Source: a virus
Lineage: Duplodnaviria > Caudoviricetes
Length of the DNA: 55,325 nt
IMG/VR virus record: IMGVR_UViG_3300044606_000259
Coordinates: 1 to 55,325 of that record
Strand: one strand, 5' to 3'
Positions 8,762 to 18,425 of the stretch are shown here, piece after piece (position 1 is the stretch's first letter; every line of letters starts with the position of its first letter). The notes beneath the pieces are model-generated. The model did no database searches and had not been told where the DNA came from. It was given only the letters and a program-made list of their open reading frames with translations. The position numbers were made by a program, and so were the translations under genes.

Positions 8762-9427
8762 TTACGCGTCGGCTTCGTCAAGGTCGTAGTAGCTGTCGTC
8801 GACGCTCGCGCCGATGTCGAGCTCCATGTCGTTCATCAGGCAGACTCGACCAGCCTTCCAGACCCTCACAACACCTTTGACCAGGATGTTGTCGCCACTG
8901 AAAGGTTTGTCAGGGTCTTGATCCATGCCGACATTGCCTTCGACCGGAATCTCCCAAAACTCGCGGCTGTCCTTCAGCACCTCATCGGGCTCAGTCGCCT
9001 CGAGGTAGGCCCCTTCGAAATAGGCGTTCGTGTTGGCGGCTGCATCGGACACGGCGTCGTGATCCATCACCGTGTCATTGGCAAACCGAACCACGACATC
9101 TTCGATGAAGTCCAGCGGGGTCAGGAAAACGGCAGGTGCTTCAGGATCACTCTTGATGGCGGCGGCTATCGCATCAGCGATCTGATCTGACGCCGCGCCG
9201 TAGCCCAGGGATGTTGCTCGGGCGGACAAGCCTGCCACGTCCAGGATGACAAAGTCTGCCCCAGCAATACCGGGGGCTTCTTCGCTGGATGCCTGGATGG
9301 CCGCCAAGCTGCCATAGCCCAGGCTGGCTGCAAGTAACTGTTGCGTGTGGCCCAGCGAAATGGAAACACCGGACGCAACGAGACTTTGGCGGGCGATGAA
9401 CGCAAGGGAACTGAAGTCGGATTTCAT
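8762..9427 (-). CDS. hypothetical accessory protein
   Basis: 221-aa ORF with SD GGAG, opposite to flanking genes; acidic C-terminus. Confidence 0.7.
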   Translation of the reverse strand: MKSDFSSLAFIARQSLVASGVSISLGHTQQLLAASLGYGSLAAIQASSEEAPGIAGADFVILDVAGLSARATSLGYGAASDQIADAIAAAIKSDPEAPAVFLTPLDFIEDVVVRFANDTVMDHDAVSDAAANTNAYFEGAYLEATEPDEVLKDSREFWEIPVEGNVGMDQDPDKPFSGDNILVKGVVRVWKAGRVCLMNDMELDIGASVDDSYYDLDEADA

Positions 9428-9626
9428 TGAAATTCTCCAAATTCTGCGCGGGACGTTGAGCGATTACGCATCCAGCACAGTGGGAATCCCAATGGTCGGA
9501 TGAAAACTTCAGGGTGCAACGAGATGCCCTTTTTTGAGTCGCTCACAACTCGGGCGGGTGCCTGATCGAAATTCTACGCCAGGTGGTGAAAGGATTCAAA
9601 GGTGCTGGGCAACCTGCCCACTGATG

Positions 9627-9670
9627 TTTCCGGAAAGTTTTCAGGAAATCGTCCGGACACCTTCCGGAAA
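9627..9670. repeat. four phased copies of a (T)TCCGGA(A) palindromic motif upstream of the replication/recombination operon
   Basis: tttccggaaa 9627, tttcaggaaa 9639, cgtccggaca 9650, cttccggaaa 9661 (11-12 bp period). Confidence 0.75.
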
Positions 9671-9716
9671 TGGATGCGAAGAATGGGTAACTCCTTAACC
9701 ACCAAGGAGTTGCGAA

Positions 9717-10262
9717 ATGCAAACCCATTCGACGGCCCTCGCGGCCACGGCTTCGGCCACCCCCCAACCGACTGTCCCCGTCATCGACATCGGCAGTCTT
9801 CCCCTCCAACTCGAAGACCTGACGCGCGAGCGCATCAAGGCGCTGCCCAAGCCAGCACTGCAGGAACTCTCTGTCCTGCTTGCGGGAATGGACCGCGCTA
9901 TCGATCACGCCCGTGAACAGCTGACTGCTGCGCTCGATGACCTCTACGGCGACGCCGCCCGAGCGCAACTGCTCGATGCGGGCAAGGACACCGGCACCAC
10001 GCACCTGAACGACGGTGATCTGGCTATCACGGTCGAGATCAAGAAGTCGGTGGCCTGGGATCAGCAGGAACTGGCCGCCATTGCCCAGCGCATCGCCAAC
10101 AACGGCGACGACCCCGCTGAATACATCGACGTGAAGTATTCAGTCTCCGAGCGCAAGTTTGCCGCCTGGCCGGAAACCCTGCGCCGTCCCTTCGAGGCTG
10201 CCCGCACCCTCAAACCCGCCAAGCCGGCCTTCCGTCTGGCACTCGTTGGGGAGGGCAAGTGA
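9717..10262 (+). CDS. phage hypothetical protein (first gene of recombination module)
   Basis: SD AAGGAG; translationally coupled to the AAA gene. Confidence 0.75.
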   Translation: MQTHSTALAATASATPQPTVPVIDIGSLPLQLEDLTRERIKALPKPALQELSVLLAGMDRAIDHAREQLTAALDDLYGDAARAQLLDAGKDTGTTHLNDGDLAITVEIKKSVAWDQQELAAIAQRIANNGDDPAEYIDVKYSVSERKFAAWPETLRRPFEAARTLKPAKPAFRLALVGEGK

Positions 10263-11131
10263 TGGCACTCCCAATCATCAGCGCCGACCAGCGCCTCGCC
10301 GAAAAACGCTGTGCCAAGGTCGCCCTCGTGGGCGTACCCGGTGCCGGTAAGACCTCCCAGATCCGCACCCTGAACGCCACTAGCACCTTGCTGGTGGACA
10401 CCGAGGCGGGCGATCTGTCCATCCTCGACTGGGCCGGCGACACCCTGCGACCGCGCACCTGGCCGGAGTTCAAAGACCTGGTGGTGTTTCTCGCCGGGCC
10501 GAGCCCGAGCGCCAATCCCGACCAAGCCTTCTCGCAGGCCCACTTCGATCACGTCTGCCAGAGGTACGGCGACCCGGCGCAGCTGGCCAAGTACGACACC
10601 TACTTCGTCGACAGCCTGACTGTGCTCTCGCGGATGTGCCTGGCCTGGTGCAAAACCCAGCCCGCCGCCTTCTCCGAGAAGACCGGCAAGCCCGACACGC
10701 GGGGCGCCTACGGTCTCTTGGGCACCGAGATGATCGGTGCGCTCACCCACCTGCAGCACGTGCGGGACAAGCACGTCATCTACGTCTGCATCCTGGAAGA
10801 GAAGCTCGACGACTTCAATCGCCGCATCTACCAGCTGCAACTCGAAGGTGCCAAGACCTCGGCCGAGCTGCCGGGTGTGCTCGATGAAGTCATCACGCTC
10901 GCGATCTTGAAAGCAGACGACGGCACCCCGTACCGCGCCTTTGTCACCGGCGCGGACAACACCTGGGGTTTCCCGAGCAAGGACCGCAGCGGCCGGCTCG
11001 ACCCCATCGAAGAACCCCACCTTGGAAAGCTCATCGCCAAGTGCCTCGGCCGCGATGCCGCAGCTCGCCCAACTGCGACTGCCGTGCAGACCAGTCCCGC
11101 TTTCCCGACCGCCAACGAATTTCAGGAGTAA
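10262..11131 (+). CDS. AAA_24 / Sak4-like ATPase (phage recombination)
   Basis: Walker A GVPGAGKT, LLVDTEAG, Walker B YFVDSLT, KDRSGRL; precedes an SSB-like gene. Confidence 0.75.
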   Translation: MALPIISADQRLAEKRCAKVALVGVPGAGKTSQIRTLNATSTLLVDTEAGDLSILDWAGDTLRPRTWPEFKDLVVFLAGPSPSANPDQAFSQAHFDHVCQRYGDPAQLAKYDTYFVDSLTVLSRMCLAWCKTQPAAFSEKTGKPDTRGAYGLLGTEMIGALTHLQHVRDKHVIYVCILEEKLDDFNRRIYQLQLEGAKTSAELPGVLDEVITLAILKADDGTPYRAFVTGADNTWGFPSKDRSGRLDPIEEPHLGKLIAKCLGRDAAARPTATAVQTSPAFPTANEFQE

Positions 11132-11137
11132 CCCGCC

Positions 11138-11776
11138 ATGTCCAACTGGAACGATTTCAACGACGCTGAACAGCAGCAGTCCTTCGACCTCATCCCGCGC
11201 AACACGGCGGCCAAGCTGCGCCTGACCATCAAGCCAGGCGGTTTCGATGACCCGGCACAGGGCTGGACCGGTGGCTGGGCCACCCAGTCCTTCGAGACTG
11301 GCGCGGTTTACCTCGCCTGCGAGGGTGTGGTGATGGAAGGCCCGTTCGCCAAACGCAAGATCTGGTGGAACGTTGGCCTGCACAGCCCCAAGGGGCCGAC
11401 CTGGGGGAACATGGGGCGCACCTTCATCCGCGCTGCGCTCAACTCCGCGCGCAAGGTCCACCCGTCTGACAACAGCCCCCAGGCCCAGACCGCCCGTCGC
11501 ATCAGCGGTTTTGCCGACCTGGATGGCCTGGAGTTCGCCGCGCGCATCGATATCGAGAAGGATGGCCGGGGCGAGGACCGCAACACCGTCAAGGCCGCCA
11601 TCGAGCCGGACCACCGCGACTACGCCTTGGTCATGGGCGTTGCACCGAAGAGCAATCCGGGTGGCGGCCAGTCGGGTGCACCAGCAGCGGTCGCGGCCCC
11701 GAGCTACACGCCGCCCGCTGCCGCGCGTCCTGCCCAATCCGCCGTCCCCAGCGGCAAGCCCGCCTGGGCGCAGTGA
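11138..11776 (+). CDS. putative phage ssDNA-binding protein (DUF669-like)
   Basis: WNDFNDA N-terminus, GPFAKRKIW, Pro/Ala-rich tail ending KPAWAQ; position after the Sak4-like ATPase. Confidence 0.6.
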   Translation: MSNWNDFNDAEQQQSFDLIPRNTAAKLRLTIKPGGFDDPAQGWTGGWATQSFETGAVYLACEGVVMEGPFAKRKIWWNVGLHSPKGPTWGNMGRTFIRAALNSARKVHPSDNSPQAQTARRISGFADLDGLEFAARIDIEKDGRGEDRNTVKAAIEPDHRDYALVMGVAPKSNPGGGQSGAPAAVAAPSYTPPAAARPAQSAVPSGKPAWAQ

Positions 11777-11790
11777 GGGAGGGCGTGACG

Positions 11791-12648
11791 ATGATGAGCA
11801 CACCTATTCTCACGACCAGCCACTACGGCGTGGTGCGCTTTGGCGACCTGGCGGTGGAAGCTGTGGTGCTGGAAGACGGCACCCGGGGCTATGTCCAGCG
11901 CCAGCTGGCCACGGCCATCGGCCTGCATGAGTCCCGCCGGGGCAGCCAGCTCAAGACGCTACTGTCGGATGTTGCCCCCGGTGCGGCCGAGGTTCTGCAG
12001 GAAAACGCCTGCAGCATCCGCCTGCCCTCCGGTCAGACCACGGCCTTCTTTCCGGCTGGGGTGATCAGCGAGGTCGCCTCCGGCGTGATCGATGCCGCGC
12101 TCGAAGGCCGGCTGCACCGCAAGCGCCAGCACCTGGTGCCCAACTGCCAGCGCATCCTCAAAGCTCTGGCCAAGACCGGTGAAGTCGCGCTGATCGACGA
12201 GGCCACCGGCTACCAGTACCACCGTGCCCCGGATGCGCTGCAGGCCTTGATCTCGCGTCTGCTGCGCGAGCGCGTGGCCAGCTGGGAGCGGCGCTTCAGC
12301 CCCGACTACTACCGGGCACTGTTTCGCCTGTTCGGTTGGCACTACCAGGGCCATCAGCAAAATCCGCCGGCGGTGATCGGCCAGATCACCCTGCGCTGGG
12401 TATACGACGTGATCATGCCCCGCGAAATCATCGAGGAGATCCGCAATCGCAAGCGCCTCTCCGACAAGGCACACCAGTGGCTCAGCGAAGGTGGTCTCGC
12501 CTTGCTCGAGAAGCAAATCCACGCGGTGACCATGATCGCGCGCTCGTCGATGACCTACCGGGACTTCGACACCCGCTGCGCCACGGCCTTCGGCAGCCAA
12601 CCGCTGCAGATGACCCTCTTCATCGGTGCGCTGGAGGGAGGGCAATGA
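11791..12648 (+). CDS. P63C-domain phage protein
   Basis: VLEDGTRG and ALIDEATGYQ..R..DALQ..WERRF..YY..LFRL motifs. Confidence 0.75.
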   Translation: MMSTPILTTSHYGVVRFGDLAVEAVVLEDGTRGYVQRQLATAIGLHESRRGSQLKTLLSDVAPGAAEVLQENACSIRLPSGQTTAFFPAGVISEVASGVIDAALEGRLHRKRQHLVPNCQRILKALAKTGEVALIDEATGYQYHRAPDALQALISRLLRERVASWERRFSPDYYRALFRLFGWHYQGHQQNPPAVIGQITLRWVYDVIMPREIIEEIRNRKRLSDKAHQWLSEGGLALLEKQIHAVTMIARSSMTYRDFDTRCATAFGSQPLQMTLFIGALEGGQ

Positions 12649-13212
12649 ATGGCCGGGCAATGTTGGGCTTGCCGCCGGCAGGCCCGTGGCCTCGGCCACA
12701 GCGACAACCGCTTCAAGGTCGGCGAATCGCGCCGGTATCCGATGGACTGGGTCTTCTGCAGCCGCCAATGCCAGGACGCGTTTCACGCGCTCTACGGGCA
12801 GTGGCTGCGCACCGACCCTCGGCAGGAGGAGGTGCTCATGGTTGATGCGACTGAATTTGAGCGCGCAGCGATGCGCGCTTGCCTGAAGTTCTTCGGTGAG
12901 GCGGCCGGCGAGATAGGCTTTGACAAGCCCCTGGGTCACTACAGCGAGGCCGAGGCCTCGCAGGTGATCGAGGCCATCGTCACCGGCTGGACGGAAGCGA
13001 TGGCGGCTCATCACCAGCAGGCGAAGTACCCGCCGGTACGGGGTATGGAGTCCTATGAGACGCAGGCACCACAGCCGGTGGCCAAGTTGGGGCCGACCCC
13101 GGCGCCGGCCTTCGACCCAGAGCATCCCTTCGCGGATCTGGAGGACGACCTGCCCTGGGAAACCGGGGAGCCGGTGGCTGCCAAGGGTACTCAGCGTGGG
13201 AGGGCGAAGTGA
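12649..13212 (+). CDS. hypothetical protein with N-terminal Zn finger (DUF6511-like)
   Basis: CWAC...FCSRQCQ; C-terminal DDLPW. Confidence 0.65.
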   Translation: MAGQCWACRRQARGLGHSDNRFKVGESRRYPMDWVFCSRQCQDAFHALYGQWLRTDPRQEEVLMVDATEFERAAMRACLKFFGEAAGEIGFDKPLGHYSEAEASQVIEAIVTGWTEAMAAHHQQAKYPPVRGMESYETQAPQPVAKLGPTPAPAFDPEHPFADLEDDLPWETGEPVAAKGTQRGRAK

Positions 13213-13970
13213 TGTTGGATTTCAATCATCGCCCCGCCTTCCACGAGCGGGTGACAGGCTTCATCGATGCCGCCCTGGATGCCGAGCGGGCCGAGCAGAC
13301 CCCGCGCGACTACCTCGGTGCCTCCCGACTGGGCGTGTCCTGCGAACGGGCCCTGCAGTACGAGTACGCCGGTGCGCCGGTTGATCCCGGCCGGGGTTTC
13401 TCCGGCCGCATCCTGCGGGTGTTCGAGGTCGGCCATGTGCTGGAGGACCTGGCCGTACGCTGGCTGCGCATGGCTGGCTTCGAGTTGCACAACCAGAAAG
13501 CCAACGGTGGTCAGTTCGGGTTCTCGGTGGCGGGTGGCCGAATCAAGGGCCACGTCGACGGGATCATCACGGCGGCACCACCAGAGCTGGGGCTGTCGTT
13601 CCCGATGCTCTTCGAGTGCAAGACCATGGCCGACAAACACTGGAAGGCCTGTGCCAAATCCGGTGTGGCGTTCACCAAACCTGTCTATGCCGCCCAGATG
13701 GCGACCTACCAGGCCTATATGGAAGGCACGGTCGAAGGGATCAGCCGCAACCCGGCGCTCTTCACCGCCATCAACAAGGACACCCAGGAGCTGTGGTTTG
13801 AGCTGGTGCCTTTCGATGCGGCGCTCGCCCAGAAGATGTCCGACCGGGCCGTGCGGGTGATCCAGGCGACCGAGGCAGGCGAGCTCTTGCCCCGCGCCTT
13901 CGCCGAGGCCAGCCACTTCGAGTGCAAGTTCTGCTCGTATGCGCAGCGCTGCTGGGGAGGTGTGTCATGA
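13209..13970 (+). CDS. PD-(D/E)XK exonuclease, Cas4-like with Fe-S cysteines
   Basis: LGASRLGVSCER, GHVDGII, LFECKT, QMATYQ, CKFCSYAQRC. Confidence 0.8.
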   Translation: MMLDFNHRPAFHERVTGFIDAALDAERAEQTPRDYLGASRLGVSCERALQYEYAGAPVDPGRGFSGRILRVFEVGHVLEDLAVRWLRMAGFELHNQKANGGQFGFSVAGGRIKGHVDGIITAAPPELGLSFPMLFECKTMADKHWKACAKSGVAFTKPVYAAQMATYQAYMEGTVEGISRNPALFTAINKDTQELWFELVPFDAALAQKMSDRAVRVIQATEAGELLPRAFAEASHFECKFCSYAQRCWGGVS

Positions 13971-14458
13971 GCACAGCTTTCAAGCAGCGCAAGCCGGCCA
14001 AGGCCACCCAGACGGTGTGGGTCGAGCGCTGGATGCCACCCAAACCCCTGGTCGGCCTGCAGGCCATCGAGAAGGTGCTGGGCCGTCACACCTTCCTGGT
14101 GACCCCGGAGTCTCGGCTGGTGGTGGCGGTGCTCGCCCGTGCCATCCACGACAGCCTGAGTCTGACCAACCGCCGGATGCGGCGGGAGGCGCGGCGCTTT
14201 CTGCTCGGGGACGACCTCACGCTCTGGTGCGACCTGGTGGGACTGCATCCGGACTTCGTGCGCTTCGTCGCCCGCAAGGCCGGCTACCTAGCCGATGAGA
14301 AGGCGCACTGGAAAAAAGTACCAGTGAGGGTGCCGATCAAGGTGCCGGTGCCAAGCGCGCCCAACGAACCGGTCGTCAGCGCCAGCAGCTCTCCGGTGCA
14401 TTCCATCACCTGCCAAGCCCACACCCATCAGCCACAGGGAGGACTGATCCATGCTTGA
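13967..14458 (+). CDS. hypothetical phage protein
   Basis: ATGA overlap with upstream gene; SD GGAGG. Confidence 0.65.
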   Translation: MSTAFKQRKPAKATQTVWVERWMPPKPLVGLQAIEKVLGRHTFLVTPESRLVVAVLARAIHDSLSLTNRRMRREARRFLLGDDLTLWCDLVGLHPDFVRFVARKAGYLADEKAHWKKVPVRVPIKVPVPSAPNEPVVSASSSPVHSITCQAHTHQPQGGLIHA

Positions 14459-16778
14459 TTTCAATTCGGTGCCGCCGGTGGCCAATCCCGCTGGCGGTGA
14501 TCTCAACCAACAGCGCGATGCTATCCGGGCGGATCTGCTCGCCCGGCTGGAATCGGTGCTGATGACGCTGCTGCCGGCCGGCAAGAAGCGTGGCCAAAAA
14601 TACCTGGTCGGTGATGTGCTGGGCAGCCCCGGCGACAGCCTGGAAGTGTCGCTCAAGGGTGAGACGGCAGGACTCTGGCACGACCACGCTACCGGTGAAG
14701 GTGGCGACATCTTCGATCTGATTGCAGCCCACCACGGGCTCGACACCCAGGCGGACTTCGCCCGGGTGTTGGAGATCGCCGGGCAACTGGTCGGACGGGC
14801 CACCAGCCATCCGCCCAAACGCAAGAAGGCGGAAGCCCCGGTCGACGAGCTGGGGCCTGCCAGCGCCAAGTGGGACTACCTGGACGCTGGTGGCAATCTC
14901 ATTGCCTGCGTCTACCGCTACGACCCAGCACCAGGCAGGAAGGAATTCCGCCCGTGGGACGCCAAGCGTCGGAAGATGGCACCACCCGAGCCGCGCCCGC
15001 TCTACAACCAGCCGGACATTGCCATCGCCGAGCAGGTGATTCTGGTCGAGGGCGAAAAGTGCGCCCAGGCCTTGATTGAGGCGGGCATCAGCGCGACCAC
15101 CGCGATGCACGGGGCCAATGCGCCGGTCGACAAGACCGACTGGTCACCGCTGGCCGGCAAAGCTGTGCTCATTTGGCCGGATCGGGACAAGCCGGGCTTT
15201 GGCTATGCCGAGGCGGCTTCGCAGGCTGTGCTCATGGCGGGCGCCACCTCCTGCGCCATCCTGTTGCCGCCCGATGCCAAACCGGAAGGCTGGGATGCGG
15301 CCGATGCGTTGGCCGAGGACTTCGACGTGGTGGGATTCATCACCACCGGACCGCGCATCACGGTGCAGCCCTTCGAGGATGATCCTGCGGCCTTCGATCA
15401 TTTTGGATCTTCCGATCACGACGATACCCACGACAGCGATGCCACGGTCTGGGGAACCGAAGATGCCCTGGCGGTGAGCTTCACCCGCCGCTACCAGCGC
15501 GACTGGCGCTACATCGCGGCCTGGGGCAAGTGGCTGATGTGGGATGGACAGCGCTGGCGGGCGGAGGAGACCTTGGCGGCCACGGATCTGATCCGTCACG
15601 TCTGTCGTCACGCAGCGGTGCGTGCGGACAGCAGCAAGGTCGCGGCCAAGCTGGCTGCCAGTAGCACCGTGGGTGGGGTGGAACGTCTGGCACGCTCTGA
15701 CCGCCGGCACGCGGCGACCACGGACGAGTGGGATGCCGACATCTGGCTGATCAACACGCCTGGTGGTGTGGTGGATCTGCGCACAGGGCGGATGCGAGCG
15801 CACGACCGGGCTGACCGGATGACCAAGATCGCCTCGGCGACCCTGGTGGCGGGCAGCACTTGCCCGACCTGGCTGCGGTTCCTGGACCAAGTCACCGGCG
15901 GTGATGCCGAGCTGCAGTCCTACCTGCAGCGGGTGTTCGGCTACTGCCTGACCGGCGCGACCAGTGAGCACGCCTTGTTCTTCCTCTACGGCACCGGGGC
16001 CAACGGCAAGTCGGTGTTCGTGAACACGCTCTTCACGCTGTTGGGTGACTACGCCGCCAACGCGCCCATGGACACCTTCATGGAAACGCGCGGTGACCGG
16101 CATCCGACCGATCTGGCGGGACTGCGGGGTTCGCGCTTCGTGGGTGCCACTGAGACCGAGCAGGGGCGGCGCTGGAACGAGTCGAAGATCAAGGAGATCA
16201 CCGGTGGCGACCGGGTGTCCGCGCGTTTCATGCGCCAGGACTTCTTCACCTATGTGCCCCAGTTCAAGTTGGTGATCGCAGGCAATCACAAGCCGGCCAT
16301 CCGCAACATCGACGAGGCGATGCGCCGGCGTCTGCACCTGATCCCCTTCACGATCACCGTGCCCCCGGAAAAGCGCGACAAGCAGCTGCAGACCAAGTTG
16401 CTGGCTGAGGCCAACGGGATCTTCAGCTGGGGTGTCGAGGGCTGTCTGGCCTGGCAGCGGGAGGGGCTCAAGCCACCGAAACCCGTGCTCGATGCCACCG
16501 ATGAGTACTTCGAGGCGGAAGACGCACTGGGCCGCTGGCTCGAGGAGCGCTGCGTGCGCCACCCCAATGCCAAGGCACTGACCGCCGAGCTTTTCACCGA
16601 CTGGAAACAGTGGGCCGAAGCCGCCGGCGAATTCGTCGGCTCGCAAAAGCGCTTCGCCGATCTGCTGCTCACACGGGGGCTGGAGAAGTGGCGTAACGGC
16701 ATGGGGCTGCGGGGATTCCAGGGCGTGGGCCTGCTGGAGACCCCGAAGGATCGCTTCACGCCCTATGCCGACAACTGA
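14451..16778 (+). CDS. DNA primase/helicase (TOPRIM + P4-family/D5 SF3 helicase)
   Basis: LVEGEKCA and IWPDRD TOPRIM motifs; D5_N region; Walker A YGTGANGKS; GNHKP; RRRLHLIPF. Confidence 0.9.
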   Translation: MLDFNSVPPVANPAGGDLNQQRDAIRADLLARLESVLMTLLPAGKKRGQKYLVGDVLGSPGDSLEVSLKGETAGLWHDHATGEGGDIFDLIAAHHGLDTQADFARVLEIAGQLVGRATSHPPKRKKAEAPVDELGPASAKWDYLDAGGNLIACVYRYDPAPGRKEFRPWDAKRRKMAPPEPRPLYNQPDIAIAEQVILVEGEKCAQALIEAGISATTAMHGANAPVDKTDWSPLAGKAVLIWPDRDKPGFGYAEAASQAVLMAGATSCAILLPPDAKPEGWDAADALAEDFDVVGFITTGPRITVQPFEDDPAAFDHFGSSDHDDTHDSDATVWGTEDALAVSFTRRYQRDWRYIAAWGKWLMWDGQRWRAEETLAATDLIRHVCRHAAVRADSSKVAAKLAASSTVGGVERLARSDRRHAATTDEWDADIWLINTPGGVVDLRTGRMRAHDRADRMTKIASATLVAGSTCPTWLRFLDQVTGGDAELQSYLQRVFGYCLTGATSEHALFFLYGTGANGKSVFVNTLFTLLGDYAANAPMDTFMETRGDRHPTDLAGLRGSRFVGATETEQGRRWNESKIKEITGGDRVSARFMRQDFFTYVPQFKLVIAGNHKPAIRNIDEAMRRRLHLIPFTITVPPEKRDKQLQTKLLAEANGIFSWGVEGCLAWQREGLKPPKPVLDATDEYFEAEDALGRWLEERCVRHPNAKALTAELFTDWKQWAEAAGEFVGSQKRFADLLLTRGLEKWRNGMGLRGFQGVGLLETPKDRFTPYADN

Positions 16779-16801
16779 CCCAAACCATGAAACGACGCGG
16801 T

Positions 16802-16889
16802 TCTGACGGATCGGACAGACTCACTGATTTACGCCTACACGCGCGCACGCGTGAAGAGGGTAACCGGCAAACCTGTCCGATCCGTCAGA
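16802..16889. repeat. 17-bp perfect inverted repeat downstream of the primase; candidate replication origin
   Basis: TCTGACGGATCGGACAG (16802-18) / CTGTCCGATCCGTCAGA (16873-89) around ACGCGCGCACGCGT. Confidence 0.6.
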
Positions 16890-16915
16890 CCGCCCAAAAC
16901 ACAGGACTGACGAAC

Positions 16916-17389
16916 ATGACGACAACGATTTTGGCCCTCGACCTGGGCTCTCAACTTGGCTGGGCATTGTCTGGCCGCGATGGACTTATCAACGGCGGTA
17001 GCGAGAATTTCCGCCCGCAGCGTTTCGAAGGCGGCGGCTTTCGGTACCTGCGTTTCAAGCGCTGGCTCACCGAGATCAAGCAGTGCGCTGACGGCATTGA
17101 TCTGGTGGTGTACGAGGAGGTCAGGAACCACAAAGGCGTGGATGCTGCGCATATCTACGGCGGCTTCATGGCCCACCTGACCGCCTGGTGCGAACACCAC
17201 CAGATTCCGTACCAGGGTGTGCCGGTGGGCACGATCAAGAAGCACGCCACGGGCAAGGGCAATGCCGGCAAGGCCGAAATGATCGCGGCGGCCACGGCGC
17301 GCGGTTTCGACCCGGTCGACGACAACCACGCCGATGCGCTGGCGCTGCTGGACTGGGCGATGGATCAAGGAGGTGTGGCATGCGTATGA
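16916..17389 (+). CDS. RuvC-like Holliday junction resolvase
   Basis: ILALDLG, VVYEEV, IKKHATGKGNA.K, DNHADALA. Confidence 0.8.
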   Translation: MTTTILALDLGSQLGWALSGRDGLINGGSENFRPQRFEGGGFRYLRFKRWLTEIKQCADGIDLVVYEEVRNHKGVDAAHIYGGFMAHLTAWCEHHQIPYQGVPVGTIKKHATGKGNAGKAEMIAAATARGFDPVDDNHADALALLDWAMDQGGVACV

Positions 17390-17748
17390 GCACACCTTCG
17401 ATTCCAAGTCAGCTGGGCCGAATGGCGGCGCAGTCGCCTGCCAATGCCGAAGAACTGCGTGCGATGCGCGCCGCTGCCTGGCACAAGCAAGGCATCGTCG
17501 TGGTGCCGCTCGACGACATCTACGACGACTGGGATCGTGCGTTCCTGACCGGCATCGCCACCATGCTCTACGGAGCGCGCACCACCGCATCCCGAAAGAG
17601 CACACCTTGGGCCGAGGGCGAGGTGATCGACCGGGGTGACGGCGAGACCTGGACGGTAGTGGCTGCCACGGGCAAGTCCGTCACCGTGCAGCGTGACCGC
17701 GATGGTGCACTGGCGACCCTTGGGCAACTTGGGGAGGGCCGGCCATGA
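17380..17748 (+). CDS. hypothetical phage protein
   Basis: SD GGAGGT; coupled to both neighbours. Confidence 0.6.
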   Translation: MRMSTPSIPSQLGRMAAQSPANAEELRAMRAAAWHKQGIVVVPLDDIYDDWDRAFLTGIATMLYGARTTASRKSTPWAEGEVIDRGDGETWTVVAATGKSVTVQRDRDGALATLGQLGEGRP

Positions 17749-18332
17749 CCAAGAAGACGCAACGCGCCAAGGCACGCGCTGAACGCAAACCACCTATCGG
17801 CCACGAACTGATCCGCCCTGATGGCAGCGTGATCCGCTACGTGCGCGAGGAGGACGATGATCAGAAGCCGGTCGACCACTACCGGACGGTGGACACGCTG
17901 TCGCTGATGCTCCGAAACGGCAGCATCACCGGCGCCATGCACGACGCCGGGCAGCAGTTCTCGCAGGACTTCGCCCGGGCCTTTGCAAGTGGTGTGGCCA
18001 GTAGCCGGCTCGATGGCCTGCCGTGTGGAACAGCCCCCGGCGAGATGCTGATCGAGCGCAACGCCAGTGCCGCTCGTGCGGTTCGGGATGCGCTGGAGGC
18101 GGTCGGCGGCAGTGGCAGTCCAGCCGGATCGGCGCTGTGGTACGTGGCTGGGCTGCAGATGTCGATCCGCGATTGGGCACTGCGTGATGGTTGGAACGGC
18201 AAGCGTGTCGAGAAGAACGAGGCCAAGGGCATTCTGCTTGCGGCGCTCGGGATGCTGGCTCGGTACTATGGGTATGAACGCTCGGGACAACGGTCGCATC
18301 GCACGGCGCACCGGAGCGTGATTTCACCATGA
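17745..18332 (+). CDS. hypothetical protein (DUF6456-like), possible late-gene regulator by position
   Basis: Last gene of the early operon; C-terminal HTH-like segment ending LARYYG. Confidence 0.55.
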   Translation: MTKKTQRAKARAERKPPIGHELIRPDGSVIRYVREEDDDQKPVDHYRTVDTLSLMLRNGSITGAMHDAGQQFSQDFARAFASGVASSRLDGLPCGTAPGEMLIERNASAARAVRDALEAVGGSGSPAGSALWYVAGLQMSIRDWALRDGWNGKRVEKNEAKGILLAALGMLARYYGYERSGQRSHRTAHRSVISP

Positions 18333-18425
18333 CCCGGGGTTGTCCGCCTGCTTGCTGGCAAGTGGGCAGCATTTCCCTCGATCCAGGTGGCGTTAATGGG
18401 AACGTATGTGTTACCATTATCCTCA

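Noticed and set aside
10061-11803. Long antisense ORFs (e.g. 580 aa here, 758 aa at 36722-38998, 500 aa at 15144-16646)
   Set aside because: Shadow frames of GC-rich genes; no motifs, and they fully overlap well-supported genes.
13209-13970. Cas4-like gene as evidence of CRISPR-Cas
   Set aside because: No array or other cas genes seen; it lies in a phage recombination operon.
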